Shown piece after piece: positions 42,391-51,334 of a stretch of 64,000 bases of DNA. The DNA lies in the NCBI GenBank assembly GCA_038108875.1, contig JAYNII010000005.1, forward strand, positions 663 through 64,662, read 5' to 3'. The DNA is from Gammaproteobacteria bacterium (GTDB lineage Bacteria > Pseudomonadota > Gammaproteobacteria > Magnimaribacterales > D2472). The notes beneath the pieces are model-generated. The model searched no databases, was not told the origin of the DNA, and saw nothing but the letters and a program-made list of their open reading frames with translations. Numbering within the stretch: the first letter of the stretch is position 1; every line of letters begins with the position of its first letter. The translations under genes and the position numbers were made by a program.

Positions 42391-43494
42391 ATGTCCAAAC
42401 GAGATTACTATGAGGTATTGGGTGTTTCCAGAAATGCTTCACCTCAAGATCTAAAGAAAGCCTTTAAAAAGCTTGCTATGAAATATCATCCGGATAGAAA
42501 CCCAGATGATAAGAATGCCACAGAAAAATTTAAAGAAGCTGCAGAGGCTTATGAAATCTTGTCAGATACAGATAAAAAAGCTGCTTACGATCAATTCGGC
42601 CACGCAGGAGTTCAAGGCATGGGTGGAGGAGGAGCTGGATTCCAAGATTTCAATTTTGGAGATATTTTTGGAGATATTTTTGGTGATGTATTTGGCGGCA
42701 GATCTTCATCGAGAAGACAGAGGCGTGGCCAGGATCTTCAAATTAGAGTTGACTTAACTTTAAAGCAGGCAATTCTTGGTATTAAAAAGACTATTAAACT
42801 ACCAGTAGATAATCCATGTAAGCCATGCAGTGGAACAGGGGCGAAACCAGGCTCAAGCCCGATAAGATGTAGTGCTTGCAATGGATCTGGTCAAATTAGA
42901 ATGCAACAGGGTTTTTTTTCGATACAACAAACTTGTTCAACTTGCAGTGGAGAGGGAAGTGTTATTAAAGAATTTTGTTCAAATTGTGGAGGGAGAGGTA
43001 CCATCAGAGATGAAAAAACTCTCTCTATTAATATTCCTGCTGGGGTAGATCAAGGAGATAAAGTTAGATTAGCTAATGAAGGCAATGCTATAGCTGGAGG
43101 ACCAAACGGGGATCTTTATGTCATCATTAATGTATTAAAAAATAAGATTTTTGAAAGAGAAGGATCAGACCTTTATTGTGAAGCTCCCATTCCAATTACC
43201 ACTGCTATTAAAGGAGGATCAGTTACCATCCCAACCATTGATTCTAAAATTTCTCTAAAGGTTCCACCATATACCCAAACCGGGAAGATTTTAATAGTTA
43301 AGGGAAAAGGTGCATCCTCAGTAAGAAACTCATCTCGGGGTGATTTGCACTGTAGGGTTGTTGTTGAAACACCCTCTAAATTAACCAAAGATCAATTTAG
43401 ATTAATCGATGAACTAGAGAAAAGTTTTACTGAGGAATCCCATCCTATTCAGTCCTCATTTATTAGGGCTACCAAAGAATTTGAAAGAGAATAA
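42391..43494 (+). CDS. dnaJ: Co-chaperone DnaJ (Hsp40)
   Basis: 367 aa with J domain (KYHPDRN), G/F region and four CxxCxGxG zinc motifs. Confidence 0.99.
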   Translation: MSKRDYYEVLGVSRNASPQDLKKAFKKLAMKYHPDRNPDDKNATEKFKEAAEAYEILSDTDKKAAYDQFGHAGVQGMGGGGAGFQDFNFGDIFGDIFGDVFGGRSSSRRQRRGQDLQIRVDLTLKQAILGIKKTIKLPVDNPCKPCSGTGAKPGSSPIRCSACNGSGQIRMQQGFFSIQQTCSTCSGEGSVIKEFCSNCGGRGTIRDEKTLSINIPAGVDQGDKVRLANEGNAIAGGPNGDLYVIINVLKNKIFEREGSDLYCEAPIPITTAIKGGSVTIPTIDSKISLKVPPYTQTGKILIVKGKGASSVRNSSRGDLHCRVVVETPSKLTKDQFRLIDELEKSFTEESHPIQSSFIRATKEFERE

Positions 43495-44167
43495 AAACCA
43501 TTTTCTAATCAATGGTATCAACGGTCGAATGGGCCAGGTTCTAATTTCACTTCTCACAAAACGAAGTGACTGTGAGTTTTCTAATTTTAAAGACTTTGAT
43601 GTAAACCAATTGAATGAGGTTTCTAGTAAGACAGTAATCTTAGATTTTTCTCATCCCTCAAGCCTAGAAAAATTGCTGCTCGATAATCCAAAAATTGCTT
43701 TAATCTCTGGAACCACCAATTTAAATAAGAGACATATGGATTTAGTTTTGGATTATGCGCTGACTGCACCCATAATGCTCGCTTCGAACTTTTCGTTTGG
43801 AGTTCACAAACTCTCATCACAGATTAAAAGCTTTCTCTTAGAAAATGAAAATATTGAGAAATGCAATATCACAGAAGTACATCATACTGAAAAAAAAGAT
43901 TCTCCGTCTGGAACTGCAAAAACCTTAGCCACACAAATTAGTGAAACCCGTCCCGATATAGATATTAATTTTACTTCTTTAAGGAAGCACAGTGTTTTTG
44001 GCCTGCATAGCGTTTCATTTTTAACTCCTAATCAAGAGGTAATATTTCACCATCAAGCTTTTAATAGAGAGATTTTTGCTGCAGGAGCAATTGAGGCTGC
44101 ATTTTGGCTTAGAGAACAGCAGAATGGATTGTATCCACTTGATAATTATTTTAAAAAAAATCTTTAA
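43481..44167 (+). CDS. dapB: 4-hydroxy-tetrahydrodipicolinate reductase (short form)
   Basis: 228 aa with GINGRMG dinucleotide motif and [15 protein letters not shown] active-site motif. The only possible start is TTG 43481, 14 nt inside dnaJ. dnaJ-dapB linkage as in Pseudomonas. Confidence 0.9.
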   Translation: MKENKNHFLINGINGRMGQVLISLLTKRSDCEFSNFKDFDVNQLNEVSSKTVILDFSHPSSLEKLLLDNPKIALISGTTNLNKRHMDLVLDYALTAPIMLASNFSFGVHKLSSQIKSFLLENENIEKCNITEVHHTEKKDSPSGTAKTLATQISETRPDIDINFTSLRKHSVFGLHSVSFLTPNQEVIFHHQAFNREIFAAGAIEAAFWLREQQNGLYPLDNYFKKNL

Positions 44168-44286
44168 CTAATAAGTTTATTTCTATAGAATTGTCCAACT
44201 TTTAACACGAAAGCAGAACATTTTTAGAAATAGGGTGCCCTTAGAGGTTTTTTCTAAGACTGCTGGAGAATAACCCGGAGAAAAAA
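44168..44286 (+). promoter_or_regulatory. rpsB upstream region, candidate S2 autoregulatory leader/promoter
   Basis: 119-nt spacer, the second longest in the window. Hairpin CTTAGA/TCTAAG around a GGTTTTT loop, then GGAG and an A-run before the ATG. No model search was possible. Confidence 0.3.
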
Positions 44287-45222
44287 ATGAGCATTGTTTC
44301 AATTCAAGATCTCCTTAATGCCGGAGTGCATTTTGGACATCAGTCAAGATTCTGGAACCCAAAAATGGAAAAGTACATTTTTGCTACCAAAAATAAAATT
44401 AGCATAATAAATTTAGAACTAACACAAGAATTTTTAAGTGCTGCTGCCTCAAAAGCAGAAGAAATTTGTTCTAGAGGTAATAAGATTTTATTTGTTGGCA
44501 CTAAACGTTCTGCCGCAAATACTATTAAAGAAGAAGCAACAAGTCTTGGCCTTCCATACATTAATAAAAGATGGCTTGGAGGAACCTTAACTAATTGGAA
44601 AACCATCAGAGGGAGTGTAAGAAGGCTTCTAGATATCGAAGAAATGATTCAATCAGGAAGGATCAAAAAACTCTCCAAGAAAGAGGCCCTAGATATTACC
44701 AAAGAATACGAGAAGCTAAATACTAGCGTCGGAGGCATAAAAGAAATGAAAGGCTTACCTGATGCCTTATTTATCGTTGATGTTAATTTCGAAAGGATAG
44801 CTGTAAATGAAGCTAGAAAGATGGGAATTCCAATCATTGGGTTAGTTGATACTAATTCAAGCCCCGAAGGAATTGATTACATTATTCCAGGCAATGATGA
44901 TGCTATCAGATCTGTAAGATTAGTGACAAAAGTTATAGCTGAAGCTTGCGCTAGAGGATTATCTAATGTTAAAGGTGGAATTATTGTTGGTGATGATGAG
45001 GATGCACCGGTTGTCAAAGTTAAAAAGGTTGGAGCAACATCAGGTAAAGTAGTCAATCTAATTAACTCAGCAGATGATGAAGAGCCTGAGCTGGATGAGG
45101 AAAATAAAAAGCAGGAAATTATCCTTGAAGAATCGCCTAAAAAGACAAAAACATCCAGAAAACCTAAATCAATAGAATCTAATTCAGATGCGAATGAAGA
45201 AGATGCAAAAGAAGAGGAATAA
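44287..45222 (+). CDS. rpsB: 30S ribosomal protein S2 with long charged C-terminal extension
   Basis: 311 aa. Core [19 protein letters not shown]...[10 protein letters not shown]. About 80 aa of extra Asp/Glu/Lys-rich tail. Confidence 0.98.
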   Translation: MSIVSIQDLLNAGVHFGHQSRFWNPKMEKYIFATKNKISIINLELTQEFLSAAASKAEEICSRGNKILFVGTKRSAANTIKEEATSLGLPYINKRWLGGTLTNWKTIRGSVRRLLDIEEMIQSGRIKKLSKKEALDITKEYEKLNTSVGGIKEMKGLPDALFIVDVNFERIAVNEARKMGIPIIGLVDTNSSPEGIDYIIPGNDDAIRSVRLVTKVIAEACARGLSNVKGGIIVGDDEDAPVVKVKKVGATSGKVVNLINSADDEEPELDEENKKQEIILEESPKKTKTSRKPKSIESNSDANEEDAKEEE

Positions 45223-45225
45223 CAC

Positions 45226-46077
45226 ATGTCTATTTCAGCGAGTCAAGTAAAAGAACTTAGAGAGATGACTGGGGTTGGCATGATGGAGTGTAAAAAAGCC
45301 CTTGTTGAAACCAACGGTGATCTAGAAAAAGCCATCGACTTATTAAGGTCTAATAGTGCATTAAAAGCAGAGAAGAAAGCTTCCAGAGTTGCTGCAGATG
45401 GAATGTTAGTTTTAAACCATGGACAAGGCTCAGTTACCGTAGTTGAAATTAATACTGAAACGGATTTTGCTGCCAAGGATGAAAAATTCCAATCTTTTTG
45501 CAATAACATTAGAGAATACCTGGCCAACAATAAGATCAATACCATTGAGGAGTTAAACGAAATTTTTGCTTCGCAAAGAGAAAGCTTGGTTCAGTCAATT
45601 GGTGAAAATATTCAAATCAGAAGAATGATTAATGTTACTGGTGGCAACTCAATTGGTGTGTATTTGCATACTGATGGGAAGTTAGCAGCTATTGTAGCTA
45701 TAGATAGTAATGATGATGAATTAGCCAAAGATCTTGCGATGCATGTTGCAGCATCAAACCCAAATTGTGTGACTGCTGACCAGGTTGATCAAGCTTTGCT
45801 TACAAGAGAGAGAAGTATTTATGAAGCTCAAGCTGCAGAATCAGGCAAAGATCCAAGCATTATGGAGAAAATGATTCAAGGAAAGTTGAACAGATTCCTT
45901 TCAGAAATCACGCTGGTTTCACAGCCCTTCGTAAAGAATCCTGATCAAACTGTTGAAGCTTTATTATCTGAAAGAAATGCTAAAGTGGTTTCGATGTCTA
46001 GAGTTAAAGTAGGGGAAGGAATTGCGGTTGAGAAGAAAGATTTTGCCGCAGAGGTTGCAGAGCAACTAAAATCTTAG
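45226..46077 (+). CDS. tsf: Translation elongation factor Ts
   Basis: 283 aa with N-terminal UBA-like motif VKELREMTGVGMMECKKAL. Confidence 0.98.
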   Translation: MSISASQVKELREMTGVGMMECKKALVETNGDLEKAIDLLRSNSALKAEKKASRVAADGMLVLNHGQGSVTVVEINTETDFAAKDEKFQSFCNNIREYLANNKINTIEELNEIFASQRESLVQSIGENIQIRRMINVTGGNSIGVYLHTDGKLAAIVAIDSNDDELAKDLAMHVAASNPNCVTADQVDQALLTRERSIYEAQAAESGKDPSIMEKMIQGKLNRFLSEITLVSQPFVKNPDQTVEALLSERNAKVVSMSRVKVGEGIAVEKKDFAAEVAEQLKS

Positions 46078-46080
46078 TTT

Positions 46081-46794
46081 ATGGGCGATTTAAAATACAA
46101 GCGTCTTCTTGTTAAGTTTAGCGGAGAAGCTGTTGCAGGCAATGATGAGCATGGAATTGATCCAAAGATCTTAGATCAAATGGCAGCTTCGGTGAGAGAC
46201 TGTAAAGAACTTGGAACTGAAATTGGAATTGTTATAGGCGGCGGAAATCTCTTTAGAGGTGAAAAATTATCTCAAGCTGGTATGGATCGGGTTGCTGGTG
46301 ATCATATGGGAATGCTTGCTACCGTTATGAATGGTATTGCATTGCGAGATGCTTTAGAAAGAGCAGGAGTAAAAACAAGAGTTATGTCTGCTATATCAAT
46401 GTCAGGTTTAGTTGAACATTATGATCGCAGATTAGCGATACAACTCTTAGGTAATGGATTTGTAGTAATCTTTACAGCAGGAACAGGAAATCCATTTTTT
46501 ACTACTGATACTGCAGGATGTCTAAGGGCAGTTGAGATAGAAGCTGATTTAATGCTAAAAGCCACAAAAGTAAATGGCGTGTACTCAGACGATCCTAAAA
46601 CCAATCCCCATGCAAAGTTTTTTAACTCAATTTCCTTCCAAGATGCTATTGCCAAGAATTTGAAAGTCATGGATGCAACTGCTCTTACCTTAGCAAGGGA
46701 TCATAATATCCCCATTAAGGTATTTAATTGGAGTCACCCAAATGCTCTTAAGGAAATTGCTTGCGGAGAGGATGTGGGAACATTAATATCTTAA
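46081..46794 (+). CDS. pyrH: UMP kinase
   Basis: 237 aa with KRLLVKFSGEA and VIGGGNLFRG motifs. Confidence 0.98.
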   Translation: MGDLKYKRLLVKFSGEAVAGNDEHGIDPKILDQMAASVRDCKELGTEIGIVIGGGNLFRGEKLSQAGMDRVAGDHMGMLATVMNGIALRDALERAGVKTRVMSAISMSGLVEHYDRRLAIQLLGNGFVVIFTAGTGNPFFTTDTAGCLRAVEIEADLMLKATKVNGVYSDDPKTNPHAKFFNSISFQDAIAKNLKVMDATALTLARDHNIPIKVFNWSHPNALKEIACGEDVGTLIS

Positions 46795-46796
46795 AT

Positions 46797-47351
46797 ATGC
46801 AAACTACCATTGAGCAACTGAAGCAAAAAATGCAAAAATCCCTAGACTCTCTTCAGGTGGAGTTTAATAAAATCAGAACCGGGAGAGCAAATCCAAGCAT
46901 TTTAGATGGAGTGAAAGTAAATTATTATGGAAATCCTACTCCAATTTCTCAAACAGCAAACATTACAGTTGAAGAGGGTAGAACTTTAGCAATCTCTCCT
47001 TGGGATAAATCACTTATATCCGAAATAGAGAAAGCCATCCTTAAGTCTGATTTGGGACTTAATCCAAACACCTCAGGCAGTTTAATCAGAGTTACCATGC
47101 CTGTCCTTACCAAAGAAACAAGACAAGAGTATATCAAGCAAGCTAGAAGTGAGGCTGAAAATGCAAGAGTTGCTGTTAGAAACATTCGAAGAGATGCAAA
47201 CAATCACGCAAAAGATTCACAAAAGTCTGGAGAAATTTCAGAAGATGATCTTAGAAGATTAGAGGAAGAAGTTCAAAAAGTTACCGATAGGTTTATAGAA
47301 GAAGTTGATTCCGAATTAAAAAAGAAAGAGGCTGATCTCCTAGAAATCTAG
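46797..47351 (+). CDS. frr: Ribosome recycling factor
   Basis: ATG at 46797 gives a 184-aa protein that aligns with E. coli Frr (KIRTGRANPSILDGV). The ORF-track TTG at 46761 overlaps pyrH and is an over-extension. Confidence 0.95.
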   Translation: MQTTIEQLKQKMQKSLDSLQVEFNKIRTGRANPSILDGVKVNYYGNPTPISQTANITVEEGRTLAISPWDKSLISEIEKAILKSDLGLNPNTSGSLIRVTMPVLTKETRQEYIKQARSEAENARVAVRNIRRDANNHAKDSQKSGEISEDDLRRLEEEVQKVTDRFIEEVDSELKKKEADLLEI

Positions 47352-47356
47352 TTTTT

Positions 47357-48055
47357 ATGCCAAAAATTTTGCCCAAGCCAATCAATGTTGGCATTATTAT
47401 GGATGGGAATGGTAGATGGGCTAAGTCAAAAAAAATATCCACCACCTCTGGTCATGAGGCAGGGATCAAAACCATAAGACTTATTGTTGAAGAATCTATT
47501 CTTCATTCTGTTTCTTCTCTGACACTTTATGCATTCAGTACTGAAAATTGGCAAAGACCAAAAACAGAAGTTATTGGAATAGGTAAGCTTCTGATCCAAG
47601 CCATTAAGGAGCAAGTTCCTGAGCTGAAGGAACAAGGAGTAAAAATTACCTTCTTTGGTAATTATAAAAAGTTTGGAACTCAAGCAATAGATATGATTCG
47701 TCGTGCGGAAAATGACACTGAGTTAAAAAGACCAAAGCTCTTGCTTAACATTGCGCTGGGTTATGGAGGGCGATCTGACATTGTAAATGGAATAAATAAA
47801 ATAATTTTTAGCAATAATAAGAAAAAGATCACAGAACAGAGTTTTTTTTCATTTCTAGAAGCTCCAGTTGATGAACTTGATTTACTAATTAGGACCGGTG
47901 GTGATAAGAGAATAAGTAATTTCCTTCTTTATCATCTTGCTTATACTGAACTATTATTTGTTGATACGCTGTGGCCAGATTTTAGCCAAGAAGAATACTC
48001 AGAGTGTTTAAATAATTTTACTAAGGTTGAAAGAAGGTTTGGAAAACGCATTTAG
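47357..48055 (+). CDS. uppS: Undecaprenyl diphosphate synthase
   Basis: 232 aa with IIMDGNGRWA and FSTENWQRP motifs. Confidence 0.97.
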   Translation: MPKILPKPINVGIIMDGNGRWAKSKKISTTSGHEAGIKTIRLIVEESILHSVSSLTLYAFSTENWQRPKTEVIGIGKLLIQAIKEQVPELKEQGVKITFFGNYKKFGTQAIDMIRRAENDTELKRPKLLLNIALGYGGRSDIVNGINKIIFSNNKKKITEQSFFSFLEAPVDELDLLIRTGGDKRISNFLLYHLAYTELLFVDTLWPDFSQEEYSECLNNFTKVERRFGKRI

Positions 48056-48860
48056 AAAAAATATCCTACAGAGGATACCATCTGCATTATTCCTTGCTGC
48101 ACTACTTATCGCATTATTATTTTTACAGTCTAATAATTTAATTTATACCGTGGTTTCTATTATTGGAGTGATGTTAGTAGTGGAATGGTATAAAAATGCA
48201 AAGAGAAACTACTTATTAGGAGCTGGGATATTAATAAGTCTTCTTCTGGGATTATTTATTTTCCCCCACCTTTTGGTACTTAACGTTTTAATAATTGGTA
48301 TTTTTTGGATAACTATTGTGTTTTCCATCAAATTCCAAAAGCCATCGGGCAATTCTTACTTTTCTTTTAATAACTTATTTTTGAGTCAATTTTTAATTGT
48401 TGGTTTTATATCTTCTGCAGTTTTTATCTTTCTAGAACATAACGAATTCGGAGTTAACAAATTCTTGTTATTATTTTTATTGGTATTTCAGACTGCAATG
48501 GTAGATATATTTGCCTATATTGTTGGTTCTAATATTGGTAAAACTCCTATCACACCAAGCATAAGCCCTAATAAGACTCTTGAAGGTCTAGCTGGAGGTT
48601 TGTTTTTTGCTGCCATTTTAAGTATCGGTATTTCTATATTAATTTCTGTCCCCCTTAAGACAATTTCAGCTTTAGTCTTATTGCTTCCGTTTGCAATTGC
48701 AGGAGATCTACTGGAGAGCCTGATTAAGAGATCCAGCAATATCAAAGACTCAGGGTCAATATTTCCCGGGCATGGAGGATTATGGGATAGACTCGATTCT
48801 CACATTGCAGTTATATCTGCTGCACCTATAGTATTCATTCTTTGTTTTAATCTAGCATGA
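48027..48860 (+). CDS. cdsA: Phosphatidate cytidylyltransferase
   Basis: 277 aa membrane protein with SPNKTLEGLAGG signature. The start is uncertain: TTG 48027 or TTG 48039, both inside the uppS 3' end, with no ATG available. Confidence 0.9.
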   Translation: MKEGLENAFRKNILQRIPSALFLAALLIALLFLQSNNLIYTVVSIIGVMLVVEWYKNAKRNYLLGAGILISLLLGLFIFPHLLVLNVLIIGIFWITIVFSIKFQKPSGNSYFSFNNLFLSQFLIVGFISSAVFIFLEHNEFGVNKFLLLFLLVFQTAMVDIFAYIVGSNIGKTPITPSISPNKTLEGLAGGLFFAAILSIGISILISVPLKTISALVLLLPFAIAGDLLESLIKRSSNIKDSGSIFPGHGGLWDRLDSHIAVISAAPIVFILCFNLA

Positions 48861-49996
48861 AAAATGTCTTTCTCTTAGGGGCTACGGGCAGCATAGGCAA
48901 AAGTGCATTAGAGGTCATTGAAGCTAACTCTTCAAAATTCCGTTTAATTGGTATTGCGTATGGCAAAAATCACAAAGCAGCTAATGAGATTATAAAAAAA
49001 CATAATCCAAAATTTATTTTCTCTCAAACCTATGAACTAAAGCATCACGGCAAGAAGGACGCAGCAAAATTGTTGAATCGCTATATCTCCTCCACAGAAG
49101 TTGATGTTGTGATTTCTGGGATAAGCGGTATTTCTGGGCTAGAGTCGACATATCAAGCAGTTAAATCAGGAAAAAAAATTCTTCTTGCCAATAAAGAAAG
49201 CATTGTGGCTGGTGGAGATATATTAATACCTCTTTCTAGAAAGACAGGAGCAAAGATTATTCCGATTGATAGTGAGCATAATGCAATAAACCAATGCATC
49301 AATTACTCTAAAAAAAATCTTTTAGAAGTCGATAAGATAACTATCACTGCATCAGGGGGCCCATTTATTTCTAAGAAGTTGCAAGCCTTGACTAATGTCT
49401 CAGTGAGAGATGCTCTTCAACATCCCACATGGAACATGGGTGCTAAGATAACAATTGATTCTGCAACACTTATAAATAAATGTTTGGAAATAATTGAGGC
49501 TGCCTATTTATTCAATCTTAAATCAGAGAAACTAGACGTAATTGTTCATCCTCAAAGCATTGTGCATTCTTTAGTAACTTATAAAGATGGTTCAACCCTG
49601 GCACACCTAAGTAATCCATCTATGACCATTCCAATTGCTAATGCTCTGGGTGTTGGCATCTTAAGAAAGCGGGTTGGAGTTTCTTTTGAAGAGTTATTTC
49701 AGCAAGGTACACAATTAACTTTTAAACAACTTCCTAAGGATAGGCATCTCTGCTTCAATCTTGCTAGAACGGTTATTAATAAAAAAGGAAATGCAGGTGT
49801 TGTATTTAATGCTGCCAATGAAATCGCAGTCCAAGCCTTTATGAATCAAAAGATTAAATTTTTAGATATCTATGAAGTTATTTATCGAACTTTTAAAGCA
49901 ATTTCTTGGTCTAAGGTTAATAACATACAAGATATTTTTCACTTTGATAACTCTGCACGCAAATATGCTGTTAAAGTGTTAAAATCGCTCACCTAA
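48857..49996 (+). CDS. dxr: 1-deoxy-D-xylulose-5-phosphate reductoisomerase
   Basis: 379 aa with LGATGSIGKSAL NADPH motif and LANKESIV, DSEHNAI motifs. ATGA overlap with cdsA. Confidence 0.97.
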   Translation: MKNVFLLGATGSIGKSALEVIEANSSKFRLIGIAYGKNHKAANEIIKKHNPKFIFSQTYELKHHGKKDAAKLLNRYISSTEVDVVISGISGISGLESTYQAVKSGKKILLANKESIVAGGDILIPLSRKTGAKIIPIDSEHNAINQCINYSKKNLLEVDKITITASGGPFISKKLQALTNVSVRDALQHPTWNMGAKITIDSATLINKCLEIIEAAYLFNLKSEKLDVIVHPQSIVHSLVTYKDGSTLAHLSNPSMTIPIANALGVGILRKRVGVSFEELFQQGTQLTFKQLPKDRHLCFNLARTVINKKGNAGVVFNAANEIAVQAFMNQKIKFLDIYEVIYRTFKAISWSKVNNIQDIFHFDNSARKYAVKVLKSLT

Positions 49997-51334
49997 ATGA
50001 TTTATCTTATCTCTGCTATCGTCCTACTAGGTGTTTTAGTTACTATTCATGAGTTTGGTCACTTTATTGTTGCAAGAATTTGTAACATACATGTGATTAG
50101 ATTTTCAATCGGAATGGGACCAGTAATATATAAAAAATCTGATCAAAAGGGTACAGAATATGCTTTATCTCTATTACCTTTAGGCGGTTATGTTGCGATG
50201 CTGACAACCAAGGGTATGGAAGAAGACTCAGACCTAAAAAATTCACTTACAGATAAACAACAATCAATGGTGTTTGAGGCTCAATCAAAACTTAAGCGAG
50301 CTGCCGTTATGCTGGCAGGCCCTATGGCAAATTTTATACTCGCAATAATTATCCTCTCAGTTATTTATGCAAACTCTATCCAGAGAAGCTTCATAACTGA
50401 AATAGTTTCTATTAAGGATCCAGCAATTACTCAGGAGGCTATTTTACAAGAGGGCGACATAATAGCTGCAATAAATGGGAAGTCTATTTCCAATCTTCAA
50501 GATTTAAGATTGGAGCTTTTGAGTCATGCAGGAAGCAGCGAATATCTACTTTTAGATATTGAAAGAGGGACTTTCAACAAATTTACTTATAAATTAGCTC
50601 TAGATAATTTTTTAGAAAGTGCTATTACTCAAGAAACGCCAGAAAATTTCTTAGGGTTTGATTTAGAGCTAAAAATTGCCCCATATATTGGCGGCTTTTC
50701 TGATTCAAGTATGGCTCCAAGTGCTGGTTTGAAAGTAAATGATAAAGTTATAAAGGTTAATTCTCAAACGATTCTGACTTATCAAGACATTGCAGAAGTA
50801 CTGCAGACTTTTAATAATTCGGAAGTTTCTATAGAAGTTATGAGAGATGGAACTCCGCTAACATTTATGGTGCCACTAATTGATAACGAGGTTGACGGAC
50901 AATTAATCAAAATTATTGGTATTACTCCGGGAGTTCAGAAAAGCATTCCTGAATCTGTGCTTTTTGGTATTTCTGACACTTACACGATGAGTTCAAAAAC
51001 ATTATTGTTTGTAGGAAAAATGATTACTGGATCAATGGGAGCTCAAAATCTAAGCGGACCTATTGGTATAGTAAAAATGGCTGGAGACACAGCAAAGGTT
51101 GGAATCCTTCCCTTTTTATATTTAATGGCGCTGCTCAGTATATCTTTGGGAGTATTAAATCTTCTTCCCATTCCAGTTCTTGATGGTGGTCAATTAACGT
51201 TGTTAGCAGTAGAGGCTCTCAAAGGATCGCCTTTATCAGAAAAGTTAGAAAATTATTTCTATACAGGTGGTTGGATTGCTGTGGTGGCGCTAATGATTTT
51301 TGCAGTCTTTAACGACATATTACGGTTTATCTAA
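49997..51334 (+). CDS. rseP: Site-2 zinc metalloprotease RseP
   Basis: 445 aa with HEFGHF zinc motif, PDZ-like middle region and LNLLPIPVLDGG motif. Confidence 0.96.
   Translation: MIYLISAIVLLGVLVTIHEFGHFIVARICNIHVIRFSIGMGPVIYKKSDQKGTEYALSLLPLGGYVAMLTTKGMEEDSDLKNSLTDKQQSMVFEAQSKLKRAAVMLAGPMANFILAIIILSVIYANSIQRSFITEIVSIKDPAITQEAILQEGDIIAAINGKSISNLQDLRLELLSHAGSSEYLLLDIERGTFNKFTYKLALDNFLESAITQETPENFLGFDLELKIAPYIGGFSDSSMAPSAGLKVNDKVIKVNSQTILTYQDIAEVLQTFNNSEVSIEVMRDGTPLTFMVPLIDNEVDGQLIKIIGITPGVQKSIPESVLFGISDTYTMSSKTLLFVGKMITGSMGAQNLSGPIGIVKMAGDTAKVGILPFLYLMALLSISLGVLNLLPIPVLDGGQLTLLAVEALKGSPLSEKLENYFYTGGWIAVVALMIFAVFNDILRFI

Noticed and set aside
42661-42699. Short tandem repeat GATATTTTTGG AGATATTTTTGG TGATGTATTTGG
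   Set aside because: It encodes the [13 protein letters not shown] segment of the DnaJ G/F-rich linker. It is a normal protein-level repeat, not a DNA element.
44185-44215. Sigma70-like hexamers upstream of rpsB (TTTAAC-N17-TAGAAT) and similar weak matches upstream of ssb, fur and rpsT
   Set aside because: The -35 matches are only 3 of 6. AT-rich spacers produce many such pairs, so these are not reported as features.
44877-45227. 116-aa ORF antisense to the rpsB 3' end
   Set aside because: It is a Ser/Phe-rich mirror of the purine-rich (GAA/GAT/AAA) codons of the S2 tail, so it is an artefact of strand composition.
46761-46796. N-terminal over-extensions in the ORF track: frr from TTG 46761, rpsT from 35754, rplW from GTG 15494
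   Set aside because: Alignment with E. coli N-termini and ATG/ATGA junction geometry support the downstream ATGs (46797, 35718, 15503).
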